Assembly: GCA_963806225.1 (NCBI GenBank)
Contig: CAWDXG010000004.1
Span: 3,936,001-4,000,000 of the forward strand
Origin: an uncultured delta proteobacterium
GTDB taxonomy: Bacteria; Myxococcota_A; Polyangia; Polyangiales; Polyangiaceae
Direction: 5' to 3'
Length of the DNA stretch: 64,000 bases
Shown here: positions 1 to 9,894 of the stretch, piece after piece
Layout: the number at the start of each line of letters is the position of its first letter
Numbering within the stretch: position 1 is the first letter of the stretch
Notes under the pieces: model-generated
What the model saw: the letters and a program-made list of their open reading frames with translations, nothing else
Told to the model about the DNA's origin: nothing
Database searches by the model: none
Translations under genes and position numbers: made by a program

Positions 1-254
1 GGGCGCTCAACGTTGCCACCAACAAGCCGCTCGAGGCCCAGCTCTGGCGCTTCGGCGTGATCCCGTTCTTGTCGCCGGCCGGTCGCGGTGATTTCAAGCG
101 ACCCCAGCTGCGCCTGATCTGGGCCGTCACCCGCCGCAACGACGACGCGCGCGCCCTCTACCCGCAGGACGACCCGTTCGCGATCCGCCGCATCGAGCAG
201 TTCTTCGGCATCGGCGCCGAGTGGTGGTTCAACTCCACGAGCTACTCGAAGTAG
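1..254 (+). CDS. Carbohydrate porin (LamB/maltoporin-like), C-terminal part; gene starts before the window
   Basis: Frame open from base 3. Ends ...KRPQLRLIWAV...FFGIGAEWWF, resembling the LamB C-terminal RPxxR and FGxxxExWW strands. GH13 and Mal transporter genes lie nearby. Confidence 0.7.
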   Translation, partial: ALNVATNKPLEAQLWRFGVIPFLSPAGRGDFKRPQLRLIWAVTRRNDDARALYPQDDPFAIRRIEQFFGIGAEWWFNSTSYSK

Positions 255-284
255 CCCGACCGCGCGGCAGCGCGCCGGAGCGCG

Positions 285-2093
285 CTACTTCTTGTCGGCG
301 TTCGTCTTCCCTGCAGCCGCGTCCGCCGGTGCTTTCCCGGCTGCCTTGTCCGCGGCGGTCTCCTTCTCGGCGCCGGCGATGATGTGGAACTCGACGCGGC
401 GGTTGTTGGCGCGCCCTTCCTCGGTGTCGTTGGTATCGATGGGTCGTGTCTCGCCGTAGCCGTGCGACTGGAGCCGCTTTCTGGCAACGCCGTGCCCGAC
501 GAGCCAGTTGACCACCGACTGAGCGCGCCGCTTGCTGAGCCGCATGTTGTAGGCATCGCTGCCCTTGCTGTCGGTGTGGCCCTCGACGCTGACCTTCGTG
601 ATGTCCGGATGGTCGGCGAGGATCTTCTTCACGGCAGCCAGGATGAAGTCGCTCGTCTTGAGGATCTTCGCGCTGTTGTAGGCGAACTGTACCTGTTCGC
701 GGATCTTGATCTGTCCGTGCTCGATGTGGGCGACGGGACAGCCGTTCTTCTTCGGGTCGTCGTTCTTCGGCCCGGGCGCGTCCGGGCACGCATCGTCGGG
801 ATCGAGGATACCGTCGCCGTCGCTGTCTTTCGGCGGTGGACAGCCGTTGGTCTTCGGGTCGTCCGTCTTGACGCCCGGCGTGTCCGGACAGGCATCGTCA
901 TCGTCGAGGACGCCGTCCTTGTCGCGATCCTTCGGCGGCGGACAGCCGTTGGTCTTCGGGTCGTCCGTCTTGACGCCCGGCGTGTCCGGACAGGCATCGT
1001 CATCGTCGAGGACGCCGTCCTTGTCGCGATCCTTCGGCGGCGGACAGCCGTTGGTCTCCGGGTCGTCCGTCCTGACGCCCGGCGTGTCCGGACAGGCGTC
1101 GTCGGTGTCGAAGACGCCATCGTGATCGCGATCCGACGGCTTCACGGGGGGAGGCGGAGGCGGTGCCGGCTTTTCGAACGGCTGCACCCACTCCGCCGAC
1201 AGCAGCACGCGCATCACCGGTGTGCCGAAGGCGCGCGTCAGGCCTGGCCCAATGCCCGCCCCGAAGCGCCACACCTTCGTCGCGGTGTAGTGCGCTCCGA
1301 ACAGAAGCTCGAACGGCGTCTCGGTGCGCCCGAAGAACGCCTTCGAATTCGTCACCACCGTGGAGCCGTAGAGCTCCGGGCCGACAACCAGCTTCTTGTC
1401 CGCAACCCGGACTCCCGCTGCGGCCGCGATGCCCACGGCGCTGCCCCGCTTCTTGCCGGCGTAGGTGTCGCTCTGCGCCCTGATGTCGAAGCTGAGCTGC
1501 GCTGCGTACACGAAGGGCTTCACGTCACCGGCGACCATCAGCCGCGGGATGGCGCGGACCGCGCCGTCGCCCGTGTAGCTCTTGCGCGAACCGGTGGGGG
1601 CGATCAGCCAGAGCCCCCCGGCGAACGTCACCGGATCGCCGTACTGGCCAACGATGCGGACATCGCCGCCGACGCGCAGATCGCCGACGGTCGTCTTGTT
1701 GCTCGAAACGTAGCTCTGCCCCTGCACGGTGCCGCCGTCGCCGGCCTGGTAGAGCAGAATGGGCAGATTCACGCCGAAGCGGACGCGATTCCACAGGATG
1801 ATGGTCCCACCCAGATGCGCGTACAGCTGGTGCGCCACGATGGGCGAGACTTCGTTGCCGTTCGCGTCGTAGATGACCAGGGGCTTTTCGGCGTAGTCGC
1901 CGACGAGACCCGCCGCAAAGCGCTGATGGCCGCGCAGATCGAGCGAGTCGGCGACGAACCATTCGCTGCCGCGCTCCGACGGTTGGAACCGATCGAGATT
2001 GAACCCCTGCGCGCGGGTCTGGGCACGAGCGCCCGGCGCGCACAGGAGTGCAGACGCAGCAAGACCGACACCTACGGCGATGCGACGAAACAT
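285..2093 (-). CDS. OmpA-family outer-membrane protein: signal peptide, beta-barrel, thrombospondin type-3 repeats, OmpA C-terminal domain
   Basis: DxDxDGxxDxxDACP repeats; VEGHTD...YNMRLSKRRA...GYGE...NRRVEF OmpA motifs. Confidence 0.92.
   Translation of the reverse strand: MFRRIAVGVGLAASALLCAPGARAQTRAQGFNLDRFQPSERGSEWFVADSLDLRGHQRFAAGLVGDYAEKPLVIYDANGNEVSPIVAHQLYAHLGGTIILWNRVRFGVNLPILLYQAGDGGTVQGQSYVSSNKTTVGDLRVGGDVRIVGQYGDPVTFAGGLWLIAPTGSRKSYTGDGAVRAIPRLMVAGDVKPFVYAAQLSFDIRAQSDTYAGKKRGSAVGIAAAAGVRVADKKLVVGPELYGSTVVTNSKAFFGRTETPFELLFGAHYTATKVWRFGAGIGPGLTRAFGTPVMRVLLSAEWVQPFEKPAPPPPPPVKPSDRDHDGVFDTDDACPDTPGVRTDDPETNGCPPPKDRDKDGVLDDDDACPDTPGVKTDDPKTNGCPPPKDRDKDGVLDDDDACPDTPGVKTDDPKTNGCPPPKDSDGDGILDPDDACPDAPGPKNDDPKKNGCPVAHIEHGQIKIREQVQFAYNSAKILKTSDFILAAVKKILADHPDITKVSVEGHTDSKGSDAYNMRLSKRRAQSVVNWLVGHGVARKRLQSHGYGETRPIDTNDTEEGRANNRRVEFHIIAGAEKETAADKAAGKAPADAAAGKTNADKK
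739..1135. repeat. Four tandem ~102-bp (34-aa) TSP3 coding repeats
   Basis: cagccgtt recurs at 739, 841, 943 and 1045; the middle units are near-identical. Confidence 0.9.
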
Positions 2094-2367
2094 GGAGATC
2101 TCCGTTTTTCAGCCCGCGTGACGACGACGACGCGAAAATAGAAGCCCAAAGCCGAGGAGCAGACCTCCGCCCCGTCCGTTGCCGGCCGAGCCACCCCCAG
2201 CAGCGCTGCCACCTGTCCCAGACGCACTACCCCTGCACCCGCGTGTCCGGCCGCCGCGCATCCGCAAGAGCGGCGAGCATATCGTCCGCGGCTTCGGTCG
2301 CGCCAGCGCTGGAGGCAGCCGCGCGCGGGACGGGACGCTCGATTCCGCTTTCGCGCCCGACGGGCGC

Positions 2368-2395
2368 TTGACGCATTGCGTTAGGTGGTTATGTT
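2368..2395 (+). promoter_or_regulatory. Candidate sigma70-type promoter for the pnt operon
   Basis: TTGACG-N16-TATGTT about 90 bp upstream of the pntAA start. Confidence 0.35.
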
Positions 2396-2485
2396 GCACG
2401 GCTCCGGGGCTCCGGGGCTCTATTGGCTTGAAGTTCCCTGCCACTCCACGTGCGATAGCTGCGGTCCCAGGGGAGACGACGATTC

Positions 2486-3703
2486 ATGAAACTCTTGGTT
2501 GCGAGGGAGCGGGCCCGGGGTGAGACGCGCGTTGCGGCAACACCCGAGACGGTGAAACACCTCATCGAGCTCGGGCTCGAGGTGGTCGTCGAGGCCGGCG
2601 CCGGCGAGGCGTCGTTCGTTTCCGACGCCGAGTTCGAGGCAGCGGGCGCGACCATCGAGCGCGATCCCGATTCTGCGTGGAAGTCCGCAAAGCTCGTTTT
2701 GACGGTACGCGGGCCTGGTACCGACAACGTCGACACGGTCTCGCTGCTCGAGCCGGGCTCCACCGTCATCGGCTTCCTCTCGCCGTTCGAGAACGCGGAC
2801 GTGGTGCGCCGCCTGGCCGACGGCCGCGTCACGTCGCTCGCGATGGAGCTAGTGCCGCGCATTACGCGCGCACAGAAGATGGACGCGCTCAGCTCGCAGG
2901 CGAACATCGCGGGCTACAAGGCCGTGCTGACGGCAGCCGCGGAGCTGCCACGCTACTTCCCGCTGCTGATGACGGCCGCCGGCACCATCAAGCCGGCTCA
3001 TGTCGTGATCCTGGGAGCCGGCGTGGCGGGCTTGCAGGCGATCGCGACAGCGCGGCGGCTCGGCGCGGTCGTCGAGGCCAGCGACATCCGCCCTGCAGTC
3101 AAGGAGCAGGTGATGTCGCTCGGCGCCCGCTTCATCGAGCCTCCTGCATCGGAAGAAGCGGGCGAAGCCGAGGGAGGCTACGCGCGCGAGGTGAGCAAGG
3201 AGTATCTGGCGAAGCAGCAGGAGGTCGTTGCCGAGCGCTGCGCCGCCGCCAACGTGGTCATCACGACGGCGCTGGTGCCAGGTCGCGCCGCCCCACGCCT
3301 GGTCACGGCGGCGACCGTCGAGCGCATGCGCGCCGGCTCGGTCATTGTCGATCTCGCTGCCGCACAGGGCGGCAACTGCGAGCTGACCGAGGCCGACAGG
3401 AACGTGCGCAAGCACGGCGTGCTGCTCATCGGCAACACGAACCTGCCGGCAACGGTGCCCGCGGACGCCAGCATGGTCTACGCCCGCAACGTGCTGGCGC
3501 TGGTCCAGCACCTGGTCCGGGACGGCGCGCTCGAGCTCGACACGGGCGACGAGATCACCGCCGGCACGCTCTTGACCCACGCGGGCCAGGTCGTCCATGC
3601 CGCCACGGCCGAGCGGCTCGGCGTCGAGCCGGGCAAGCTTGAAACACCAGCCGCGGCGTCGGAATCCGGCGCCGGTTCCGCGGAAAAGGAGGCTTCGGGA
3701 TGA
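2486..3703 (+). CDS. pntAA: NAD(P) transhydrogenase subunit alpha, part 1 (domain I)
   Basis: ETRVAATP, RITRAQKMDALSSQANIAGYKAV, GAGVAGLQAIATA and GGNCELT motifs. Confidence 0.96.
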   Translation: MKLLVARERARGETRVAATPETVKHLIELGLEVVVEAGAGEASFVSDAEFEAAGATIERDPDSAWKSAKLVLTVRGPGTDNVDTVSLLEPGSTVIGFLSPFENADVVRRLADGRVTSLAMELVPRITRAQKMDALSSQANIAGYKAVLTAAAELPRYFPLLMTAAGTIKPAHVVILGAGVAGLQAIATARRLGAVVEASDIRPAVKEQVMSLGARFIEPPASEEAGEAEGGYAREVSKEYLAKQQEVVAERCAAANVVITTALVPGRAAPRLVTAATVERMRAGSVIVDLAAAQGGNCELTEADRNVRKHGVLLIGNTNLPATVPADASMVYARNVLALVQHLVRDGALELDTGDEITAGTLLTHAGQVVHAATAERLGVEPGKLETPAAASESGAGSAEKEASG

Positions 3704-3981
3704 TGGGGCCGCTGCTCGTCGGCATCTACGTGTTCGTGCTCGCGATCTTCGTGGGCGTCGAGATCATCGCGAAAGTGCCGCCCACGCTGCACACGCCGCT
3801 GATGAGCGGCGCCAACGCCATCAGCGGCATCACGCTGGTCGGCGCACTGGAGGCGGCCACGACCGGCAACATCACGGTCAGCAACGTGCTCGGCTGCATC
3901 GCCATCATCTTCGCCACCATCAACGTCGTCGGCGGCTTCCTCGTCACCGACCGCATGCTGAAGATGTTCCGGAGGCACTGA
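3700..3981 (+). CDS. pntAB: NAD(P) transhydrogenase subunit alpha, part 2
   Basis: KVPPTLHTPLMSGANAISGI...NVVGGFLVTDRMLKMF; overlaps both neighbours. Confidence 0.96.
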   Translation: MMGPLLVGIYVFVLAIFVGVEIIAKVPPTLHTPLMSGANAISGITLVGALEAATTGNITVSNVLGCIAIIFATINVVGGFLVTDRMLKMFRRH

Positions 3982-5444
3982 TGACAAGCCTCACGGAAGC
4001 CGTCGTCAACCTGACGTACCTGGCCTCGGCGATCCTGTTCGTCTTCGGCCTCAAGCGCATGACGCGCGTGCACACCGCGCGGGGCGGCAATGCGCTGGCC
4101 GCGCTGGCGATGCTCCTCGCCATCGTCGCCACGCTCGTGGAGATGGGCCGCATCGACTACCGCTGGATCCTGATCGGCGTCGTGGTCGGCAGCGCCATCG
4201 GCGCTTTCGCCGCCATGACCGTCCCGATGACGGACATGCCGGAGATGGTGGCGCTGTTCAATGGCTTCGGCGGCGGCGCGTCCATGCTGGTGGGCGCTTC
4301 CGTCGTGTGGCTGGACGTGGTCGAGCCCGGCAAGGTCGGGACGCTGGCCGTGGTGCTCGGTTCATCCAGGTCCAGTGGCCCCGCGGTCGCGACGACCATC
4401 GGGCTGTCCATCCTGGTTGGCGGACTGACGCTGACCGGCAGCCTGATCGCGTACCTCAAGCTCTCGGGGAAGATCGGCGGCAAGCCGGTGCTCCTGCCGG
4501 GCCGGCACGTGTTGAACGCACTCCTGCTGCTCGGCGCGTTGGTCGTCGGTGGCTACCTGGCGTTCTTCTCGGCCGTGCCGCACGACGCGGAGCTCGCTGC
4601 CCTGGTGCTCGGCGCCATCAGCCTGGTGCTCGGCGTGTTCCTGGTGATCCCGATCGGCGGTGCCGACATGCCGGTCGTAATCTCGCTGCTCAACTCCTAT
4701 TCGGGCGTCGCGGCAGCGATGACCGGTTTCGTACTGGGCAACAACGCGCTCATCATCAGCGGCGCGCTGGTCGGCGCCTCCGGGCTCATCCTGACGAAGA
4801 TCATGTGCGTGGCGATGAACCGCTCACTGACCAACGTCATCTTCGGCGGCTTCGGCGCGGAACCGGAAGGCGGCGGACCGGAAGGCGGCGGCGAGTACAC
4901 GAACGTGCGCTCCGTCGGCGCGGAGGAAGCGGCCATGGTGCTGGAGGACGCCCGCAGCGTGATCTTCGTCCCCGGCTACGGCATGGCCGTCGCGCAGGCG
5001 CAGCACGCCGTCAAGGAGCTGGCCGGCCTGCTCGAGAAGCGCGGGGTCGTCGTCCGCTATGCGATCCACCCGGTGGCCGGCCGTATGCCCGGCCACATGA
5101 ACGTGCTGCTCGCCGAGGCCGACGTGCCCTACGACGAGCTGGTCGAGATGGACGTGATCAACCCGGAGTTCGTGGACACCGACGTGTCGATCGTCATCGG
5201 CGCCAACAACGTCGTGAACCCCGCGGCCGAGACCGATCCGAAGAGCCCGATCCACGGCATGCCGGTGCTGCAGGTCTACAACTCGCACACCGTATTCGTG
5301 ATCAAGCGCAGCCTCGGTACCGGCTTTGCCGGCATCAAGAACGAGCTGTTCGAGCGCGACAACACCCTGATGGTCTTCGGCGACGCCAAGAAGGTGCTGC
5401 AGGATCTGGTCGGCGAGCTGAAAACCGCGGCAAAGGCTGCCTAG
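3981..5444 (+). CDS. pntB: NAD(P) transhydrogenase subunit beta
   Basis: ATG at 3981 (TGATG overlap). MPEMVALFNGFGG, IGGADMPVVISLLNSYSG, PGYGMAVAQAQH and HPVAGRMPGHMNVLLAEA motifs. Reads GANNVVNP where GANDxVNP is expected. Confidence 0.96.
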   Translation: MTSLTEAVVNLTYLASAILFVFGLKRMTRVHTARGGNALAALAMLLAIVATLVEMGRIDYRWILIGVVVGSAIGAFAAMTVPMTDMPEMVALFNGFGGGASMLVGASVVWLDVVEPGKVGTLAVVLGSSRSSGPAVATTIGLSILVGGLTLTGSLIAYLKLSGKIGGKPVLLPGRHVLNALLLLGALVVGGYLAFFSAVPHDAELAALVLGAISLVLGVFLVIPIGGADMPVVISLLNSYSGVAAAMTGFVLGNNALIISGALVGASGLILTKIMCVAMNRSLTNVIFGGFGAEPEGGGPEGGGEYTNVRSVGAEEAAMVLEDARSVIFVPGYGMAVAQAQHAVKELAGLLEKRGVVVRYAIHPVAGRMPGHMNVLLAEADVPYDELVEMDVINPEFVDTDVSIVIGANNVVNPAAETDPKSPIHGMPVLQVYNSHTVFVIKRSLGTGFAGIKNELFERDNTLMVFGDAKKVLQDLVGELKTAAKAA

Positions 5445-5494
5445 GCGGATTTCCGGACGTACCCCGGGCCGGCGAGTTGCGGTAGCCTCGGCGC

Positions 5495-7342
5495 ATGTTC
5501 CGCCGTGCCTTGCTGCTCAGCACCTGCCTCGCTCTTGGCGCCGCCACCTCGGGCTGCATGGACTTCAAGAGCGTCGAGGGCGACCAGCCGATATCGACGC
5601 ACGTCGCCGACTGGCGTGACGAGGTCATCTACCAGATCATGGTGGACCGCTTCGCCGACGGCGACCGCGGCAACGACTATCGCGTCGATCGCACGGCGCC
5701 TGCGCGCTACCACGGCGGCGACTGGCTGGGCATCGAGGACCACCTCGGCTACCTGCAGCATCTCGGGGTCACCGCGCTCTGGATCTCGCCCATCGTCAAG
5801 AACGTCGAGACCGACGCGGGCGTCGACGGCTACCACGGCTACTGGGCGCAGGACTTCACCCAGCTCAATCCCCACTTCGGCAACCTGGCGGCCCTCAGGA
5901 ACCTGGTGAAGGCCGCACACGACCGCGGCATGAAGGTGATCCTCGACATCGTCGTCAATCACCTGGGGCAGCTCTTCTACTACGACATCAATCTCAACGG
6001 GCAGCCCGACGAGAGCGTGCGCGGCGAGGGGCCCGTCGTTGCACCCGACGGCAAGAAGACGCTGCCGGATGGCACACCGATCGGCACCAGCATCGTCAGC
6101 CACATCAACGAGTACGACCCGGACTACGACCCGCGCGGCGTGCAGGCGTGGACGTCTCTCGGCCTGGCCGGCCCGGCTCCCATCATCTTCAGCTACGACC
6201 CGGCGACGAACCACATGCCGCCCGAGCCGGCCATCTTCCAGGAGCCACGCGCCTACCACCGCCGCGGTCGCGTCTACGACTGGAACGACCCGGATCAGGT
6301 CAAGTACGGCGATTTCCCCGGCGGCCTGAAGGATATCAACACCGAGGATCCCGATGTCCGTCAGGCGCTCATCGATGTCTTCGTCCACTGGGTGGAGCTG
6401 ACGGATCTGGACGGTTTCCGCATCGACACGCTCAAGCATGTCGATCACTCGTTCTGGCAGAAGTTCTGCCCCCAGGTGCGCCAGCGCCTCGCCGCCGAGG
6501 GCAAGAAGAACTTCTTCATGTTCGGCGAGTCCTTCGACGGCGACGACCAGCTGGACGGCTCGTTCACGTTCAACAACGAGGTCGACAGCGTCTTCTACTT
6601 CCCGCAGCACTTCAACGTGTTCCGGGACGTCTTCCAGCAGGGCAAGCCCACCAAGGAGATCGAGGATCTCTTCAACAACCGGCTGGGGCCGAACCCCTTG
6701 TACAGCACCACACCGCCGAAGGGCGGCATCGGGGTGCCGCCCAACAAGGCGCTGGTGAACTTCATCGACAACCACAACGTCGCCCGGTTCCGCTTCGACC
6801 GTCCCGACAAGGGCGCACTGGAGAACGCGCTCCTGTTCCTGTTCACCGAGGACGGCATCCCCTGCGTCTACTACGGCACCGAGCAGGGCTTCGACGGCGG
6901 CAATGACCCTTCCAACCGCGAGGACCTGTGGAAGAGCCACTTCGACGAGTCCAGCCACTACTACAAGTGGGTCTCGCGGCTGGCACACATCCGTCGCGCC
7001 TACCCGGCGCTGACGCACGGCGACCTGAAGATCGTCTGGAGCACCGATCGTCCCGACCCCGCGACGGATGCCGGCATCATCGCGTTCGAGCGCACGGGCG
7101 GCGACGCGGGCAACGCCTACGCGCTGGTGGTCATCAACACCAACGCCAAGCACCCGAGCTCGCCCGAGTTCAACGGCACCCCGATGACGACCTCGCTGCC
7201 CGCGGGGACCAAGCTGGTCAACGTGCTCGACCCGAAGAGCGCTCCGCTCACGGTCGAGACCGGCGGGGCTCTCCACGTGACCGTGCCGGCCACCTCGGGC
7301 GTGGTCCTGGTCCGCCAGAAGGACCTCGTTCCGGGCCTGTAG
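5495..7342 (+). CDS. GH13 alpha-amylase family glycoside hydrolase, probable lipoprotein
   Basis: Lipobox-like TSGC; YQIMVDRF, YHGYW, DIVVNH, GFRIDTLKH and FGE motifs. Region IV reads FIDNHN where DNHD is expected. Confidence 0.92.
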   Translation: MFRRALLLSTCLALGAATSGCMDFKSVEGDQPISTHVADWRDEVIYQIMVDRFADGDRGNDYRVDRTAPARYHGGDWLGIEDHLGYLQHLGVTALWISPIVKNVETDAGVDGYHGYWAQDFTQLNPHFGNLAALRNLVKAAHDRGMKVILDIVVNHLGQLFYYDINLNGQPDESVRGEGPVVAPDGKKTLPDGTPIGTSIVSHINEYDPDYDPRGVQAWTSLGLAGPAPIIFSYDPATNHMPPEPAIFQEPRAYHRRGRVYDWNDPDQVKYGDFPGGLKDINTEDPDVRQALIDVFVHWVELTDLDGFRIDTLKHVDHSFWQKFCPQVRQRLAAEGKKNFFMFGESFDGDDQLDGSFTFNNEVDSVFYFPQHFNVFRDVFQQGKPTKEIEDLFNNRLGPNPLYSTTPPKGGIGVPPNKALVNFIDNHNVARFRFDRPDKGALENALLFLFTEDGIPCVYYGTEQGFDGGNDPSNREDLWKSHFDESSHYYKWVSRLAHIRRAYPALTHGDLKIVWSTDRPDPATDAGIIAFERTGGDAGNAYALVVINTNAKHPSSPEFNGTPMTTSLPAGTKLVNVLDPKSAPLTVETGGALHVTVPATSGVVLVRQKDLVPGL

Positions 7343-7487
7343 CAGCTGCGTCCAGGAGCGGACAAGGGCCGGCCTGCTCCGGGACGAGATCGTCTCACCT
7401 GTCTCGTCCCGGGACTTGACGGCGCGGCTTTCCCGGGATCTTCTGTAATTCGAACCCGGCAGGGGTCTTGCAGCAACGAACCGTGTC

Positions 7488-7937
7488 ATGCCGGGCTCCC
7501 GCTCCGATCCCCCAGTCTCCAAGCCCGTCCGGCGCAGGCCGCGCGTGCTGGTCGTCGACGACGAGCCGATCATGCTGCGAACGATCCGGCGGCTGATCAA
7601 TCGCTCGCATCCGGACTGGGAGCTGGTCACGGTGCTGAGCGGGGAGGACGCAATCGCGACGCTCGGCAGGAAGCATTTCGACGTGATGGTCACCGATCTC
7701 AGGATGATCGGCATGCAGGGGCGAACCTTGCTCGAGCTGGTCCGCTTCCATCATCCGCGGGTGGTGCGCGTCATCCACTCCGCGCACGTGGACTCGCTGC
7801 CGCCCGGCCTCGATCCCCCGCTCGCCCACCGCGCGGTCACCAAGCCCGCCAGCGGCGAGGAGCTGATTGGCGCGATCGAGTGGGCGCTCGAGGTCGCCGC
7901 CGAGCGTAGCAATGGCGACAATTCCGCCTGCTCCTAG
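7488..7937 (+). CDS. Single-domain response regulator (receiver)
   Basis: VLVVDDEP, TDLRM and KP motifs. Confidence 0.88.
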   Translation: MPGSRSDPPVSKPVRRRPRVLVVDDEPIMLRTIRRLINRSHPDWELVTVLSGEDAIATLGRKHFDVMVTDLRMIGMQGRTLLELVRFHHPRVVRVIHSAHVDSLPPGLDPPLAHRAVTKPASGEELIGAIEWALEVAAERSNGDNSACS

Positions 7938-7980
7938 CCGGTCAGCGGCACCGGGTCCGCGACCTTCCCTCGACCCCTGC

Positions 7981-9138
7981 CTACCCCTGCGCGTATGCGG
8001 CCGAGAGCAGCTTCCCGATGGTCGAAAGCTGCATGTTGCTAGTGCCCTCGTAGATCTTGCCGATCTTGGCGTCGCGGTAGAGCTTCTCCACAGGGTAGTC
8101 CTTGGTGAAGCCGACGCCGCCCAGGAACTCCACGCACATGCTCGCGGTGCGCTCCGCCACCTGGGAGGAGAACAGCTTGGCCATCGCGGCTTCCTTCACG
8201 AAGCTCTGCCCAGCGTCCTTCAGCCGCGCGGCGTTGTAGACCATCAGCCGCGCCGCCTCGATCTCGGTCGCCACCTGCGCGTACTGGAACTGCAGGCCCT
8301 GGAAATCCGCGATGGCTTTGCCGAACTGCTTGCGCTCGTGCATGTAGCGCATCGCGTAGTCGAAGGCGCCCTGCGCCAGCCCCAGCATCTGCGACGCGAT
8401 GCCGATGCGCCCCTCGTTGAGCGTCTCGATGGCGATCTTGTAGCCCTTGCCGACCTCGCCCAGCACGTTCTCCGCCGGCACCTCGGCGTCTTCCAGTACC
8501 AGCTCGCAGGTGCTCGACGCGCGGATGCCGAGCTTGTCCTCCTTCTTGCCGACGGTGAAGCCCTTGGACTCCTTCTCTATCAGGAAGCCCGTGATGCCGC
8601 GGTAGCCCTTGGACGGATCCACATTCGCGAACACGATGAAGAGCGAGCTCTCGGCGCCGTTGGTGATCCACAGCTTGCGGCCGTTGAGGATCCACCTGTC
8701 GCCCTTCTTCTCCGCGCGCGTGGCGAGCGCGAAGGCGTCCGAACCGGAACCGGACTCGCTGAGCGCGTAGGAGCCGACCCATCCCTCGCACATCTTCGGC
8801 ATGTAGCGTTGCTTCTGCTCGTCTTTGGCCCAGCGCAGGATGGCGTTGTTCACCAGCGTGTTCTGCACGTCGATGAGCACGCTGATGCTCGGGTCCACCT
8901 CGGCCATCGCTTCCACTGCGAGAATGGCGTTGAAGAAGCTGCTCTCGGCGCCGCCGTATTCGGCCGGCACCTCGACGCCCATCACGCCCAGATCGAACAG
9001 TTCTGGAAGCAGCGAGCGATCCACCGCGCCGGCGCGGTCCATCTCCTCGACCAGGGGTGCGACGCGCCCGCGCGCGAAGCCGAGCACGGAGTCGCGGAAC
9101 AAGCGTTCTTCCTCGGAAAGCAGCGTCAGAGCGGTCAT
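7981..9138 (-). CDS. Acyl-CoA dehydrogenase (short/branched-chain type)
   Basis: ALSESGSGSDA, GRKLWITNG, KLGIRASST and YRDAKIGKIYEGTSN motifs. Confidence 0.95.
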   Translation of the reverse strand: MTALTLLSEEERLFRDSVLGFARGRVAPLVEEMDRAGAVDRSLLPELFDLGVMGVEVPAEYGGAESSFFNAILAVEAMAEVDPSISVLIDVQNTLVNNAILRWAKDEQKQRYMPKMCEGWVGSYALSESGSGSDAFALATRAEKKGDRWILNGRKLWITNGAESSLFIVFANVDPSKGYRGITGFLIEKESKGFTVGKKEDKLGIRASSTCELVLEDAEVPAENVLGEVGKGYKIAIETLNEGRIGIASQMLGLAQGAFDYAMRYMHERKQFGKAIADFQGLQFQYAQVATEIEAARLMVYNAARLKDAGQSFVKEAAMAKLFSSQVAERTASMCVEFLGGVGFTKDYPVEKLYRDAKIGKIYEGTSNMQLSTIGKLLSAAYAQG

Positions 9139-9377
9139 GGCGCCCCTTTACCACGTCCGCTCGGGAGCTCGTATGACGGGTGGAAGCATGGCAAAATACC
9201 ACAGTTTTACGCTAGAAAGCGTCGCTTTGTGACATTTTGCTACGGTTATAGCGTGGAGGCCCCGGCTGGGCGGAGGCCCAGGCTTGGGGGCTCCCGGCGC
9301 GCGCAGGCCGGAGGCCGAGCACGGCGGGACGTGCCTCGACGCACTGCAGGGGGGCACCCCATCCCCGGCGCGCTAGG

Positions 9378-9785
9378 ATGATCTCTGTCATGACACGGAG
9401 CGCGTTCTGGTTCGTCTTCTGCTTCCTCGCTCTCATGGGCATCGGTTGCGCCGGCCCACACCTGAAGTCGTTGACCGTTGATCAGGTCGCCGCGCGCATC
9501 GCCGCGCACGACAGCAGCACGCACATCTACGACAACAACCCGAAGGATGTGTACGACAGCGGGCACCTACCCGGGGCAGAGTGGGTCAAGTACGATGCCG
9601 TCACGGCTGCGGATCTGCCCTCAGATCACGGCGCAATGCTGATCTTCTACTGCGCCAGCAAGGCTTGACACGCCTGCCACACCGCCGCGGTCGCGGCGGA
9701 GAAGCTCGGCTATACCAATGTGTACATCATGCCTGCTGGCATCAAAGGCTGGAAAGCGGCAGGCAGGCCCGTGCAGAGGTCGTAG
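9378..9785 (+). CDS. Rhodanese-domain lipoprotein, probable selenoprotein (TGA 9666-9668 = Sec), 135 aa
   Basis: GHLPGA and LIFYC before the TGA. The frame continues HACHTAAVAAEKLGYTNVYIMPAGIKGWKAAG to TAG at 9783-9785, completing the rhodanese fold. A SECIS-like hairpin follows the TGA. Confidence 0.85.
9682..9699 (+). promoter_or_regulatory. Bacterial SECIS-like hairpin
   Basis: CCGCCGC-GGTC-GCGGCGG, a perfect 7-bp stem starting 13 nt after the in-frame TGA, with a GGUC loop as in the E. coli fdhF SECIS. Confidence 0.75.
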
Positions 9786-9894
9786 GTCACGTATGTTCAG
9801 CTCGGCGCGAGCGGCAGAAATGCGTGTTTACAAGTTCACCAACCGCTCGCGCTGCCCTAGACTGTAACCAGGATTCCGCCCCCCTTTTTTTGCA

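Noticed and set aside
285..2093. traB of the TraAB outer-membrane exchange system
   Set aside because: The architecture is similar, but no traA lies upstream and such OmpA/TSP3 paralogues are common in myxobacteria.
5441..7714. Long antisense ORFs (here and at 384-2141, 21298-24024, 48775-51597 and others)
   Set aside because: Expected stop-poor shadow frames of high-GC3 genes, with Arg/Ala/Pro-rich or mirror composition and no motifs.
9246..9375. tRNA-Sec or riboswitch upstream of the rhodanese gene
   Set aside because: GC-rich hairpins are present, but no T-loop, acceptor stem or UCA anticodon arm could be identified.
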